The notes: generated from the letters alone by a model not told the origin. A DNA stretch of 61,792 nt from Oscillospiraceae bacterium (GCA_022508785.1 JAFLUN010000001.1:12971-74762); one strand, 5' to 3'; positions 19,263 to 28,980 are shown, counted from the stretch's first letter. Translations and numbers: made by a program.

Positions 19263-20171
19263 TTATTTTATGGAATCTGCAATGTCGCAGATTTTTTTCA
19301 GTCTATGATTTACTCCCGAACGGGAAAGCGAAACCTTTAAATTTTCCGAAAGCTCACGCAGTGACATATCAGGGTTATCGTATCTTAATATTGCGATTTC
19401 ACGCAATTCTTCCGGAAGAAAAGACAGCCCGACGGTATTTTTAATTTTCCTGATTGCCTCTATCTGTTTTGAAGCGGCGCTTACCGTTTTATCAAGATTT
19501 GCGCTTTCAAAATTCAGCTTTCTGTTAACGTTGTTGCGCATATCCTTATACATTTTTACGCCCATTACGTTAAGACTTGAAGTGACGGCTCCCATTGCGG
19601 TAAGTATATCCTCAATAACCTCACTGCCCTTGAAATACATAACGTAATTTGAGTTTCTTTGAATTATTTTAGGTTCAAGTTCCTTCTCAAACTCTTCAAA
19701 TCCCGATATAAAATATGCTAAATCCTTAATAAGATTTTTGTAAGGCAAAACAAATTCAAGATGATAGCGTTTGTTAGGGTCGTTCACCGTTCCGCAGGAT
19801 AAAAACACACCTCTTAAAAATGCGGATTTACAGCAATCGTCTGCAATGTTTGCATAATTTATACGCATTGTTCGCAGTTTCGTATCATAACCGAATTTTG
19901 CCATAATTTTCGCTCTGTCTTCGGCGTTTTCAATTTCAACACGGTATTTTCCCGCATCGGATTTCACAATGCACGGCGACACGGAACAAACTTTATTTAT
20001 TGTGTCTGCATATTTTTCAGCTATTTGCCTGTGCTCTGTTAATATTGAAATTTCTCTGTAAGAAAAGCTTCTCGAACACAGCAAAAGCCCATAGCAAAAA
20101 GCGTGCAGGCAACAGTTTTTTTCAATTTCAACGGAAATCAGTTCATCTTTAACGTCTGCTGAAAATGACAT
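19263..20171 (-). CDS. whiA: DNA-binding sporulation/cell-division regulator WhiA
   Basis: Begins MSFSADVKDEL, has a LAGLIDADG-like middle region and a C-terminal HTH (LSRSGVNHRLKKI). Confidence 0.88.
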   Translation of the reverse strand: MSFSADVKDELISVEIEKNCCLHAFCYGLLLCSRSFSYREISILTEHRQIAEKYADTINKVCSVSPCIVKSDAGKYRVEIENAEDRAKIMAKFGYDTKLRTMRINYANIADDCCKSAFLRGVFLSCGTVNDPNKRYHLEFVLPYKNLIKDLAYFISGFEEFEKELEPKIIQRNSNYVMYFKGSEVIEDILTAMGAVTSSLNVMGVKMYKDMRNNVNRKLNFESANLDKTVSAASKQIEAIRKIKNTVGLSFLPEELREIAILRYDNPDMSLRELSENLKVSLSRSGVNHRLKKICDIADSIK

Positions 20172-20176
20172 AATGT

Positions 20177-21037
20177 TTACCTGTTTATGTCACGGTGGTA
20201 AACCGAGGCATTATATCCTTTTTCTTTGATTTTTTCGCCTAAAATCTCGGCAAAAACAACGGAGCGGTGCTTTCCGCCCGTGCACCCTACCGACACCGTA
20301 AGCTGACTTTTGCCCTCTGTTCTGTACAAAGGCAAGAGATAATACAGCAAGTCCTGAAGCTTCGGAACAAGCCCTCTTGACTGATCGAATTTCATAACAT
20401 AATCACGGACATCCTTTTCAAGTCCCGTATGATTTTTAAGTTCTGCAATGTAAAACGGATTAGGAAGGCATCTTACATCAAAAACAAGGTCGGAATCTGT
20501 GGGGATTCCGTATTTAAAGCCAAAGGACACAACGTTTATTTTTATTGAATCGGTAATATCGTCAAGAAAAAGCTCTGCAACACGCTCTTTGAAAAGCGAG
20601 TTTGTCATAAGCGACGTGTCAATTACGAAGTCCGCAATATTGCGTGCCTTTTTGAGCATTTCGCGCTCATTTTTTATGATTTCCGAAAGCTCTTTGGGAC
20701 TGTCTTCGCTTTGAAGAGGATGCTTTCTTCTCGTTTCCTGATAACGCCTGATAAGAACATCGTTATTAGCGTCAATAAAAAGTATTTTGTAATCTATTTT
20801 CATCATTCTGAGCTCTTCAAGGGCATTGAAAAGGCTTGAAAACGAATCGCCCAGACGAATGTCAGCGACAAAAGCTATTTTTTCTCTCACCTCAGTGGAA
20901 TCGGTGAGAATTTTTACAAAAGTGGGAATAAGCTGAGGTGTCATATTATCAACACAGAAGAAGCCGATATCCTCTAACGTGTCAATTGCCCGTGACTTAC
21001 CTGCACCCGACATACCTGTTACAATAACAAGCTGCAT
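20177..21037 (-). CDS. rapZ: RNase adapter protein RapZ (YvcJ)
   Basis: Walker A VTGMSGAGKS, with C-terminal GCTGGKHRSV. Confidence 0.9.
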   Translation of the reverse strand: MQLVIVTGMSGAGKSRAIDTLEDIGFFCVDNMTPQLIPTFVKILTDSTEVREKIAFVADIRLGDSFSSLFNALEELRMMKIDYKILFIDANNDVLIRRYQETRRKHPLQSEDSPKELSEIIKNEREMLKKARNIADFVIDTSLMTNSLFKERVAELFLDDITDSIKINVVSFGFKYGIPTDSDLVFDVRCLPNPFYIAELKNHTGLEKDVRDYVMKFDQSRGLVPKLQDLLYYLLPLYRTEGKSQLTVSVGCTGGKHRSVVFAEILGEKIKEKGYNASVYHRDINR

Positions 21038-21052
21038 AATCCTTTCCTTTCT

Positions 21053-21958
21053 TTATTTTCCGATAATTTTTACTTCCGTTTCAAGATGAACTCCGTGTTT
21101 TTTGAAAACCTCATCCTGAACAAATTCAATTAAATTTAAAATATCCGAAGCCGTAGCTTTATTTTTATTTATAATGAAGCCTGCGTGCTTTTCGCTCACC
21201 TGAGCTCCGCCTATTTCTTTGCCTTTAAGGTTACAGTCCTCAATAAGCGCGCCTGCAAAATAGCCCTCAGGTCTTTTAAAGGTACTGCCTGCGCTGGGGT
21301 ATTCAATAGGCTGTTTTTCTTTACGCTTAGATAAAAGCTCGTTCATTTTTGCTTTTATATCTTCATAGTTTCCTTTTTGAAGTTTTATAACTGCAGATGT
21401 AATTACAAATCCGTTTTCTGCATAAGCGCTGTGACGGTACGAAAGATTTAAATTTTCTTTTGAAAGCTCTCCTAATTCGCCGTTTTCGTCAATATGCGAT
21501 ACTGAACAGAGCACATCTTTCATCTCTCCGCCGTAAGCGCCTGCGTTCATATAAACCGCACCGCCCAGCGTTCCGGGGATACCGTAAGCAAACTCCAAAC
21601 CGCTAAGGGAATGCTCAAGGGCAAACTTACAAATTGATTTAAGGCCTGCTCCTGCTTCGGCAAATATAGTAGTTTCATCTAAAAGAGTGATTTTTGAAAG
21701 GTCAGAGCCTAAGCGGATAACCGCACCGTCAATTCCGCCGTCACGCACCAAAACATTTGACCCGTTGCCCAAAATAAAATATTCAATTTCGTTTTCTTTG
21801 CAGGCAATAACTATTTCCCGTAAAGACTGGATGCTGTTGGGCGTTATAAGCAAAGAGGCATTCCCCCCTGCTTTAAAGCTTGTGTATTTACACATAGGAG
21901 CGTTGTATTCAACGCCAGCACCAAGATTTCGAGCTATTGAGGCTAATGTTTCGTACAC
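21053..21958 (-). CDS. murB: UDP-N-acetylenolpyruvoylglucosamine reductase
   Basis: FAD-binding GNGSNVL, AGALIE..LKG..IGGAQVSEKHAGFI. Confidence 0.9.
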   Translation of the reverse strand: MYETLASIARNLGAGVEYNAPMCKYTSFKAGGNASLLITPNSIQSLREIVIACKENEIEYFILGNGSNVLVRDGGIDGAVIRLGSDLSKITLLDETTIFAEAGAGLKSICKFALEHSLSGLEFAYGIPGTLGGAVYMNAGAYGGEMKDVLCSVSHIDENGELGELSKENLNLSYRHSAYAENGFVITSAVIKLQKGNYEDIKAKMNELLSKRKEKQPIEYPSAGSTFKRPEGYFAGALIEDCNLKGKEIGGAQVSEKHAGFIINKNKATASDILNLIEFVQDEVFKKHGVHLETEVKIIGK

Positions 21959-21995
21959 TGAAAAATCCCCTTAATCGTAATTTCTTCAATATAAA

Positions 21996-22964
21996 TCAGT
22001 AATTTTGCCAAATGTCAATTTCCTGAGCGTTTGGTTGATAATCATCATCCATACCAAGATGATGAAGAAGCTCACGGGCGGCATTGTAGCCCATTTTCTT
22101 CTGCCTGTTGTTCATAGCGGCACATTCAATAATCACTGCAAGGTTTCTGCCCGGCTTTACGGGAACGACCGTCAACGGAACCTTAATATCCATAATGTCA
22201 ATATACTCGTTGTCAAGCCCCATTCTGTCGTAAACCTTTTCGGGATCCCACGGCTCAAGCTGAACAACCATATTGATTTTTTCGGTGAGCTTTACGGCGC
22301 CCATACCGAAAAGACGCCTTGCGTTAATAATTCCTATGCCTCGAAGCTCAATAAAATGACGGATATTATCCGGCGCGGAGCCTACAAGCGTTTTTGAAGA
22401 GGCTTTGCGGATTTCAACTGCGTCATCGGCAATAAGTCTGTGCCCACGCTTGATAAGCTCAATGGCCGTTTCGCTTTTACCAACGCCGCTGTCGCCTACA
22501 ATGAGAACGCCTTCACCGTAAACCTCAACCAAAACGCCGTGTCTTGTAATTCTTTCGGCAAGCTGTGTGCCGAGGAAATATATAAGAGTTGCCATACAGC
22601 TTGAGGTGGATTCAGCAGTTCTTAAAACGGGTACTTTGTATTTTTCCGCCAGCTCTAAAAATCCGTCGGGTAAATCAAAATTCCGTGTGATTATAATTAC
22701 GGGCGGTTTTTGACTTGTAAGAGTTTCAATCCGTTCAAGCATTTTTTCTTTCGGAAGGCTTTTAATAAATTCCATTTCCGAAAGTCCTATAAACTGAACG
22801 CGCGCAGGATCAAAATAAGCGTCGTGACCAGTAAGCAAAAGCCCCGGTCTGTTGACCTCTTGCGATTCTATAAAAATATCGGATGCGTCACAGGGTAAAT
22901 ACATAGTTTCATAACCGTGCTCGCTGATGATTTTTTGAAGTGAAACTGAATATTTTGAAGGCAA
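21996..22964 (-). CDS. hprK: HPr kinase/phosphorylase
   Basis: P-loop GDSGVGKSE and LIADD..EI motifs. TTG start lies 7 nt after GGGGAGG. Confidence 0.9.
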   Translation of the reverse strand: MPSKYSVSLQKIISEHGYETMYLPCDASDIFIESQEVNRPGLLLTGHDAYFDPARVQFIGLSEMEFIKSLPKEKMLERIETLTSQKPPVIIITRNFDLPDGFLELAEKYKVPVLRTAESTSSCMATLIYFLGTQLAERITRHGVLVEVYGEGVLIVGDSGVGKSETAIELIKRGHRLIADDAVEIRKASSKTLVGSAPDNIRHFIELRGIGIINARRLFGMGAVKLTEKINMVVQLEPWDPEKVYDRMGLDNEYIDIMDIKVPLTVVPVKPGRNLAVIIECAAMNNRQKKMGYNAARELLHHLGMDDDYQPNAQEIDIWQNY

Positions 22965-23052
22965 AACGCATACCTCCCCTTATATAAACATAGTTTTGGT
23001 TATTATACTACAAACCGCTTGAATTTCCAATACCTTTTTTAAAAAAATAGGC

Positions 23053-23090
23053 AAAAAAATGTGACCCGACGAGAGTATTCCCCCGTCGGG
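23053..23090 (-). terminator. Rho-independent terminator after the SASP gene
   Basis: On the minus strand, the CCCGACG/CGTCGGG stem is followed by UCACAUUUUUUU. Confidence 0.55.
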
Positions 23091-23163
23091 CCTTTTGCAG
23101 ACTTATGATTTTTACTGAATCACTGTTGATGCAATAAAAATCATAATTTACGAAATAAAATTC

Positions 23164-23358
23164 TTATTTCATGCTGTCTTCATAAGACTTGATCATCTTT
23201 TTGACCATCTGTCCGCCGACAGAACCAGCCTGCTTAGATGTGAGGTCACCGTTATAGCCGTTCTTAAGGTTAACGCCTACTTCAGAAGCAGCCTCCATCT
23301 TGAATCTATTGAGAGCTTCACGTGCTTCGGGCACCATGCTCTTTGAATTCTTAGCCAT
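23164..23358 (-). CDS. Alpha/beta-type small acid-soluble spore protein
   Basis: MAKNSKSMVPEAREALNRFKMEAASEVGVNL...GGQMVKKM matches the SASP signature. AGAGGGG precedes the ATG at 23358, so the track's upstream extension is unlikely. Confidence 0.85.
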   Translation of the reverse strand: MAKNSKSMVPEAREALNRFKMEAASEVGVNLKNGYNGDLTSKQAGSVGGQMVKKMIKSYEDSMK

Positions 23359-23443
23359 TGTAATTACACCCCTCTTACTAAAATATTCTTTGCGTTTGCA
23401 ATAATAGTTTGAACCGAAATTCAAAATATATTATTGGTAAATT

Positions 23444-24319
23444 TTACTTTCCGAAATCTCTGAGACTTCTAAATTCATACCCCTGTGCGCGTGCCTCGTC
23501 AATGATTTTTGCCATTGCTCCTGCATTGTCGGAAGAAACGCTGTGAAGAAGTATGACAGCGCCAGGGTGAAGCCTTGCAATTACTTTTTCGTAAGCGTAG
23601 TCAGCACCCTTTTGAGCGCTCGTATCCCAATCGGCGTATGACAGTGACCAGAAAACACTTGAATAGCCCATAGAACCTACAAGGTTTAGTGCTTCGTCTG
23701 TGTATTCACCCTTGGGAAATCTGAAATAAGGTTCGCAGTATCCGTTAAAATTCTCTTTTAAATAGTCTTCAAAGCCTTGAATTTCAGTTTTCATCTGCTC
23801 CCGCGAAATCTCTGCAAAGGACGGATGCGTTACGGAATGGTTGCCCACAATATGCCCTTCGGCTATCATTCTGTTAATAAGCTCAGGATTGTCTTTAACC
23901 TCGTTTAAGGTACAAAAGAACGCCGCAGGAACATTTTTTTCTTTTAACACGTCAAGAATTTTTGAAGTATAACCGTTTTCATATCCGCAGTCAAAGGTTA
24001 AATACAAAACTTTATCCGTTGACACGGTGTCAAGACAAAATGCATTAAATGAGTTATCTTCAAAATATTTTTGTGCCGTTACTGAAATTTCATGGGGCTT
24101 TCCGTCTTTTGCCACTCCGTAGCTGTGGGATTTTTTCTCTTTTGAAAACGTTGCCAAGGCTTCGATTTGTTCGCTTTCGGGTACGTTGCTCATTTCGGTC
24201 ACACTGTCAAGTGTACCTTTACTGTCAAGTGTGCCATTGTCCGCGTTCGTTGCCTTACCGCAGGAACAAAGCAGGGAAATTGCCAAGATAAGAGTTAAAA
24301 ACTTAAAATATCCTTTCAT
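23444..24319 (-). CDS. pdaA: Polysaccharide deacetylase lipoprotein, PdaA-like (spore-cortex delta-lactam de-N-acetylase family)
   Basis: Lipobox LLCSCG. LYLTFDCGYENGYTSKILDVLKEKNVPAAFF...GHIVGNHSVTHP closely parallels PdaA. Confidence 0.7.
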   Translation of the reverse strand: MKGYFKFLTLILAISLLCSCGKATNADNGTLDSKGTLDSVTEMSNVPESEQIEALATFSKEKKSHSYGVAKDGKPHEISVTAQKYFEDNSFNAFCLDTVSTDKVLYLTFDCGYENGYTSKILDVLKEKNVPAAFFCTLNEVKDNPELINRMIAEGHIVGNHSVTHPSFAEISREQMKTEIQGFEDYLKENFNGYCEPYFRFPKGEYTDEALNLVGSMGYSSVFWSLSYADWDTSAQKGADYAYEKVIARLHPGAVILLHSVSSDNAGAMAKIIDEARAQGYEFRSLRDFGK

Positions 24320-24326
24320 AAAATCC

Positions 24327-24503
24327 CTACTTCATCATATTTGACATTCCGTCCACAATATCGCTTATTGTGTTAACTGCCTTTTGCGCCGTTTTCTTCA
24401 TTTTGCGCTTTGAAGAGCCGCCTGAAACCGAATTTGTAATGACGGCCGCCGCAGTACCTGCCAAAAGGCTTGCTCCCATTACTTTGTACGCTTTGCTGTT
24501 CAT
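24327..24503 (-). CDS. Hypothetical 58-aa protein (below the ORF-track cutoff)
   Basis: AAGGGGG lies 8 nt upstream of the ATG. The translation is MNSKAYKVMGASLLAGTAAAVITNSVSGGSSKRKMKKTAQKAVNTISDIVDGMSNMMK, ending in TAG. I recognise no homology. Confidence 0.4.
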   Translation of the reverse strand: MNSKAYKVMGASLLAGTAAAVITNSVSGGSSKRKMKKTAQKAVNTISDIVDGMSNMMK

Positions 24504-24657
24504 TTATTTTACCCCCTTTGTGTTTTTAGTCAAAAAGAAATTTTTTGACCACATTTATTTTTTGATTTTTCTGCAAAAAAATTAAAAATATATGTTTATA
24601 ATTTTTTCAATAAATGTTATACTTTGTAAATGTATAAAAAAATTAAAGGTGATAAAA

Positions 24658-25170
24658 ATGGAACTTAATATTGTTATGGTAGAGCCTGAAATTCCGCAAA
24701 ACGCAGGCAACGTTGCGCGCACCTGTGCCGCAACGGGCGCAAGACTTCATTTAGTCGGTCCTATGGGATTTACTCCCGATGACAAAAAGTTAAAGCGCGC
24801 AGGGCTTGACTATTGGCATCTTCTTGATATTACATATTACAATTCCCTTGACGAATTTTTTGAAAAAAATTCTGACGGCAATTTTTTCTATTTTTCAACT
24901 AAGGCACAGAACAGGCATACTGACGTTGAATACCCCGAAAAAGTATATATTGTTTTCGGAAAAGAAACGGCAGGTCTACCTGAAAAGCTGTTATATGAAA
25001 ATGCCGAAAAGTGCGTTAGAATACCTATGATTGACGAAGCGCGAAGCCTTAATCTTTCAAACGCAATAGCTATTGGAGTTTACGAGGTGTTAAGGCAATG
25101 GGATTACCCCAAACTTTTGGAATCGGGAGAACTGAGAAACTATAATTGGAGCGACATAAATAAAGCTTAA
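24658..25170 (+). CDS. trmL: tRNA (cytidine/uridine(34)-2'-O)-methyltransferase TrmL (SpoU/YibK)
   Basis: LNIVMVEPEIPQNAGNVARTCAATG...SLNLSNA is typical of TrmL. AAAGGTGA precedes the ATG at 24658. Confidence 0.85.
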   Translation: MELNIVMVEPEIPQNAGNVARTCAATGARLHLVGPMGFTPDDKKLKRAGLDYWHLLDITYYNSLDEFFEKNSDGNFFYFSTKAQNRHTDVEYPEKVYIVFGKETAGLPEKLLYENAEKCVRIPMIDEARSLNLSNAIAIGVYEVLRQWDYPKLLESGELRNYNWSDINKA

Positions 25171-25177
25171 ATATGTC

Positions 25178-25227
25178 AAAAAAATTCAGCCGCATATTGT
25201 TTTTGCAATATGCGGCTTTGATATTTT
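25178..25227. terminator. Bidirectional rho-independent terminator
   Basis: A 12-bp stem AGCCGCATATTG/CAATATGCGGCT is flanked by an A-run and a T-rich run, between the convergent trmL and yhaM. Confidence 0.65.
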
Positions 25228-25243
25228 AGTTTAAATTATGTAT

Positions 25244-26206
25244 TTAAAAAAGATTAACCTCAAGGGAAGCGTCGTTATATTTGTAGAACTTTCGCTCGTC
25301 AAGCGCCCAAAGTCTGTTTGTAAACTCACCTTGTTTAATGCCTGCGGTTGCATCCATTATTTCATAAACGGTGGCATCCATCATGTCAAGCTGAGAGAGT
25401 AACTCTGCCTCAAGAAAAAGAGGTCTTACTGCGGCGCCGAATTCCGGCTCACCGTGATGTGAGATAATCATATGCTGTAAAAGGATTGATTTTTCTTTAT
25501 CGGTTCCGAGGCTCTCTGCGGCCTCGGCTACCATCATAGCGCCCTTTACAAGATGCCCTATAAGGTTGCCCTCTACCGTATATCCTGATGCCAGACCCGT
25601 TCCGCTGATTTCAAATTCCATAGTTTTGGCAATATCGTGCAACACCGCACCCGAAATTAAAAGCTCACGGTTAACAAAAGGATAAACCCTGCAAACACCC
25701 TCGCAAAGCTTAACAATTGAGAGAGTATGCATCATAAGCCCTCCGCGAATGGCGTGGTGGAGCTTAAATGCGGCAGGAAAACAAACGAGCTTTTCGCGGT
25801 TTTCGTTTAAAAGGTAAATCACGAGTTTTTTCAGTTCTTCGTCGTGAAATTCGGAAACAGTCTTGATAAGACTTTCAAACATATCCTCGCCTTTATAATC
25901 TGCCGACTTTACATAATCGTCTAAAGAAACGCCGTCTGCACTCGTAGCCTCTCTGATTCTGTCAATTATAAGCTGGTCATTATCACGGTATTTTTGCAAT
26001 TTACCTCTGACTTTAACAAGCATATCGGCAGAAAAATTGTTTGTAAGAGACGGGGTATAATCCCAAATCTTTGCAAAGATCTCCCCTTCCTTGTCGGAAA
26101 GTACAAGGTCAAGGAAGCTGGTGCCGTTTTTAGCCGCTTTAACCTCACACTGCTTGATTACGGCAAAGCATTCAACCTGCCCGTTGCCTATATCTGTAAA
26201 ATTCAT
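25244..26206 (-). CDS. yhaM: 3'-5' exoribonuclease YhaM (OB-fold plus HD domain)
   Basis: OB-fold N-terminus (KNGTSFLDLVLSDKEGEI.AKIWDY) and HD motifs HH...LHDIAK...HHG. GGGGAG precedes the ATG at 26206. Confidence 0.82.
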   Translation of the reverse strand: MNFTDIGNGQVECFAVIKQCEVKAAKNGTSFLDLVLSDKEGEIFAKIWDYTPSLTNNFSADMLVKVRGKLQKYRDNDQLIIDRIREATSADGVSLDDYVKSADYKGEDMFESLIKTVSEFHDEELKKLVIYLLNENREKLVCFPAAFKLHHAIRGGLMMHTLSIVKLCEGVCRVYPFVNRELLISGAVLHDIAKTMEFEISGTGLASGYTVEGNLIGHLVKGAMMVAEAAESLGTDKEKSILLQHMIISHHGEPEFGAAVRPLFLEAELLSQLDMMDATVYEIMDATAGIKQGEFTNRLWALDERKFYKYNDASLEVNLF

Positions 26207-26289
26207 AAAACTCCCCTGCATTTCATTATTTTTTGATAATTTATTGTAACATAAATTATGCGATAAATGCAAGGTGTTTGCAATTGCAA

Positions 26290-26415
26290 TTAACCGAATA
26301 GCATAAATTCACTGTTTGTTTTTGCAATAAAGAATCCGCACATTCCGGCAGTCAGTAAAACCGTAAGTATAGCGGTAATAAAATAATACTTTAAAATTCT
26401 GTATGTTTCCGTCAT
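26290..26415 (-). CDS. Hypothetical 41-aa membrane peptide translationally coupled to spoIIP
   Basis: ATGA start/stop overlap with spoIIP. MTETYRILKYYFITAILTVLLTAGMCGFFIAKTNSEFMLFG has a single TM helix. Confidence 0.4.
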   Translation of the reverse strand: MTETYRILKYYFITAILTVLLTAGMCGFFIAKTNSEFMLFG

Positions 26416-27518
26416 TGATTTTCACATTCCTTTATTATTTCAACTATTGATTTTCCGAGTATTTCCGCTGAATAGACAGCTTCACGGACTGTATTTGATT
26501 CAGTGCCTATATCAATGTTTACAGCGCAGGGAGTTAAATCCATATTATATTTTCTTGCACAGAACAAAAGAGGTCTTGCTATGTGCGGATAAGAATCGGA
26601 CAACGACTTTTGAAGATGAAGGGCAAAGGTAAGATTCTTTTCCCAATTTGGAAATTTTGTAACTGCGCCGTCCTCACAGCCTGTCGTTATTTGAATTTGC
26701 GCAACCTTTTTGCCGTCAATTTCAGTTACGGTTTTAACCTTACTGCCGTCTTTTCGGCTAATCCCGTCACGGTGAAGGTCAATTACAATTTGAATTGACG
26801 GATTAGCCCTTAAAATATCGGATATTTTTTCACGGGAGCGGTCAAATGCACCGTTGTAAGAAGAATCGTAAACTGTTTTGTCGTGAATTACTTTATAACC
26901 GTAAGATTCAATCGTACTGCAAAGTGCATCGCCTACTCTTATGATACCGAGAGTTTCGGAATCCGCCACAAGTGAATTTGAATAAAACTCATTTTCCGTA
27001 ATTTGATAGCTCTCGGTTGAATGGGTATGATAAACCAGCACAACCGGTTGAGTTTTATCTTTATTTATATTTGCAAAAATATCCTTTTTCAAATAGGCTT
27101 CAATGTTTATATCGGTATTTTTTGTTGTATTCCTAAGATACAGTGAGCCTATTGCAGAGGTTGCATTTTTTGAAGAATAGTCCTCTGAAATTATTGCTCC
27201 GTCGTTGGAAATATCCGACAATGTTTCTTTTGCTTTCGTTTCGGCATTTGTGATATCGCTGTAAACAGACGGGAAAATATTTGACACATTTTTAATTTCA
27301 GCTTTATTTTTTTCGGCATCGGTTTTTACGGTTTCGGTTTCAATCTCTTCGGAATTTACAGTTTGTACGGTTTGCTCTTCCGTTTTATTTAACGGTTTTT
27401 GCGGAGTTAAAAATACTCCGCATACAATAGCTATTGACAAAATCACGCAAAAAAATGCAATTTTATTTAAACTGAAGATTTTTCTTCTGTGCCGTCTTGT
27501 CCGTCTTCGTCTTCTCAT
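26412..27518 (-). CDS. spoIIP: Stage II sporulation protein P
   Basis: Arg-rich N-terminus plus a TM helix. VLVYHTHSTESY...DLHRD motifs and the gpr-spoIIP synteny seen in Bacillus. Confidence 0.88.
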   Translation of the reverse strand: MRRRRRTRRHRRKIFSLNKIAFFCVILSIAIVCGVFLTPQKPLNKTEEQTVQTVNSEEIETETVKTDAEKNKAEIKNVSNIFPSVYSDITNAETKAKETLSDISNDGAIISEDYSSKNATSAIGSLYLRNTTKNTDINIEAYLKKDIFANINKDKTQPVVLVYHTHSTESYQITENEFYSNSLVADSETLGIIRVGDALCSTIESYGYKVIHDKTVYDSSYNGAFDRSREKISDILRANPSIQIVIDLHRDGISRKDGSKVKTVTEIDGKKVAQIQITTGCEDGAVTKFPNWEKNLTFALHLQKSLSDSYPHIARPLLFCARKYNMDLTPCAVNIDIGTESNTVREAVYSAEILGKSIVEIIKECENQ

Positions 27519-27600
27519 ATATTCGCCCGCCTTAAATAATATTTCAGTTAAATATATGCTGAAAGATTGTGGATATTACTTAAGCAGTGGTTACTTAAAA

Positions 27601-28473
27601 TCAAAACAGAGAAAGAAAAACAGACGGCTCAATTTCTGTTTGCAATGCGCAGTTTATTGCCAGCGCCAAAAGATTTGCCGCCCGTTCGATTACCGTATCA
27701 ATATCCCCCGGCGTTACCATAGTTTCTTTTAAATCAGAGGGAATTTTTTCGGCGTCAATCCTTCTGTCAGTCAAATCGTTAATAAGAGTGATACCGTCAA
27801 CAACGGTAGGAACGCCGATTGACACCACGGGAACGGACATTGTGGATTCGTCAATTCTGGCTCTTGCGTTGCCTACACCAGACCCCGGGATTATACCCGT
27901 ATTTGAAATTTGAACGGTTTTTCCGAGCCTTGACAGGCGACGGGCCGCTAAAGCGTCAACAGTTATTATTGCAACGGGCTTTACAATATCGGCAACCGAT
28001 TTAATATACTCGGCAGTTTCAATTCCCGTCTGCCCTAATACGCCCGTTGAAACGGAAGCCACGGAACGAATACTGTCAATTTGGAGGTCTTTTTTCATTT
28101 CTTCTCTTATGTGTCTTGTAGCAAAAATTTTGCCAGCGCACATAGGTCCCAAAGCATCGGGAGTAATATTTTCATTGCCCAGACCTGCAACGAGGACAGA
28201 ACCGTTTTCCTTCGGCAGTAAATCTCGGATAATGGAAGAAAGCGCTGTAAGTCGGCCGTCAAGCAGCTCTGATTCGTGAGAAAACTCGGGTAAATCCACC
28301 GTTATATATTTTCCCTTGGGTTTTCCAACCGATTTTTCCCCTGTGCTGTTTAATATTTCAATTTCCGTTACAAAAGCATTCTCTTTTCTCCAATGGGTAA
28401 CCTTTATTCCCTCTTGCTCACTTTTTTCCAAAATTTCCTGTCTTTCAAGGGCTAAATCAGTTCTGTAATTCAC
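27601..28473 (-). CDS. gpr: Germination protease GPR
   Basis: N-terminus NYRTDLALE and GLGNENITPDALGP. AGGAGG lies 7 nt before the GTG at 28473. It is divergent from rpsT, as in Bacillus. Confidence 0.88.
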   Translation of the reverse strand: MNYRTDLALERQEILEKSEQEGIKVTHWRKENAFVTEIEILNSTGEKSVGKPKGKYITVDLPEFSHESELLDGRLTALSSIIRDLLPKENGSVLVAGLGNENITPDALGPMCAGKIFATRHIREEMKKDLQIDSIRSVASVSTGVLGQTGIETAEYIKSVADIVKPVAIITVDALAARRLSRLGKTVQISNTGIIPGSGVGNARARIDESTMSVPVVSIGVPTVVDGITLINDLTDRRIDAEKIPSDLKETMVTPGDIDTVIERAANLLALAINCALQTEIEPSVFLSLF

Positions 28474-28542
28474 TTTTCTGCCTCCTTTTTTCGTTTTATT
28501 ATGCCAAAAAGAAAAAATACTATCCAAATTATAAAAAAAAAC

Positions 28543-28571
28543 TTGATTTTTATTTGTATTCGTGATAATAT
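28543..28571 (+). promoter_or_regulatory. Sigma-A promoter for rpsT (TTGATT-17-TGaTAATAT)
   Basis: -35 at 28543-28548 and an extended -10 at 28563-28571, about 30 nt upstream of the rpsT RBS GGAGG. Confidence 0.5.
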
Positions 28572-28602
28572 ATACCCCGTAAATGCGAAGGAGGTGTGAC
28601 AA

Positions 28603-28860
28603 ATGCCCAATATTAAATCAGCTAAAAAGCGTGTTCTCGTAAACAAAACAAAGGCACAGCGTAATAAGTCTGCTAATTCAGCTCTTAAAACTGCTATTAA
28701 AAAGGCTAACGCTGCTATCGAAGCAAACGCTGCCGATAAGGAAGAGCTTGTAAAGCTTGCTGTCAAGAAAATTGACCAGGCTGCTGCTAAAAACCTTATC
28801 CACAAAAACAACGCTGCTCGTAAAAAGTCCGCCCTCGTGACGAAGCTTAACAAAGCATAA
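28603..28860 (+). CDS. rpsT: 30S ribosomal protein S20
   Basis: Begins MPNIKSAKKRV..NKTKAQRNK and is basic and Ala-rich throughout. Confidence 0.95.
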   Translation: MPNIKSAKKRVLVNKTKAQRNKSANSALKTAIKKANAAIEANAADKEELVKLAVKKIDQAAAKNLIHKNNAARKKSALVTKLNKA

Positions 28861-28881
28861 GTCATTGTTTCGGAAGTTTTG

Positions 28882-28916
28882 TGCCGCTGCAAAATGCAGC
28901 GGTATTTTTCTTTTTA
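28882..28916 (+). terminator. Rho-independent terminator
   Basis: The GCCGCTGCA/TGCAGCGGT stem is followed by a T-rich run. Confidence 0.65.
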
Positions 28917-28980
28917 TTTCATTGACTTTTTTAAAAAATTTGTTATAATAGTTGCATAATAAATTTTGGAGGAATTTTTT

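Noticed and set aside
23104-23146. 10-bp AT-only inverted repeat (ATGATTTTTA...TAAAAATCAT) just downstream of the SASP stop
   Set aside because: A stem made only of A-T pairs has low stability. The GC-rich hairpin at 23065-23090 is the more credible terminator. There is no evidence for a protein-binding site.
28470-28892. 140-aa minus-strand ORF covering rpsT
   Set aside because: It is antisense to the unmistakable S20 gene and its promoter. The Ala/Leu-rich translation is the complement of the Lys/Ala-rich S20.
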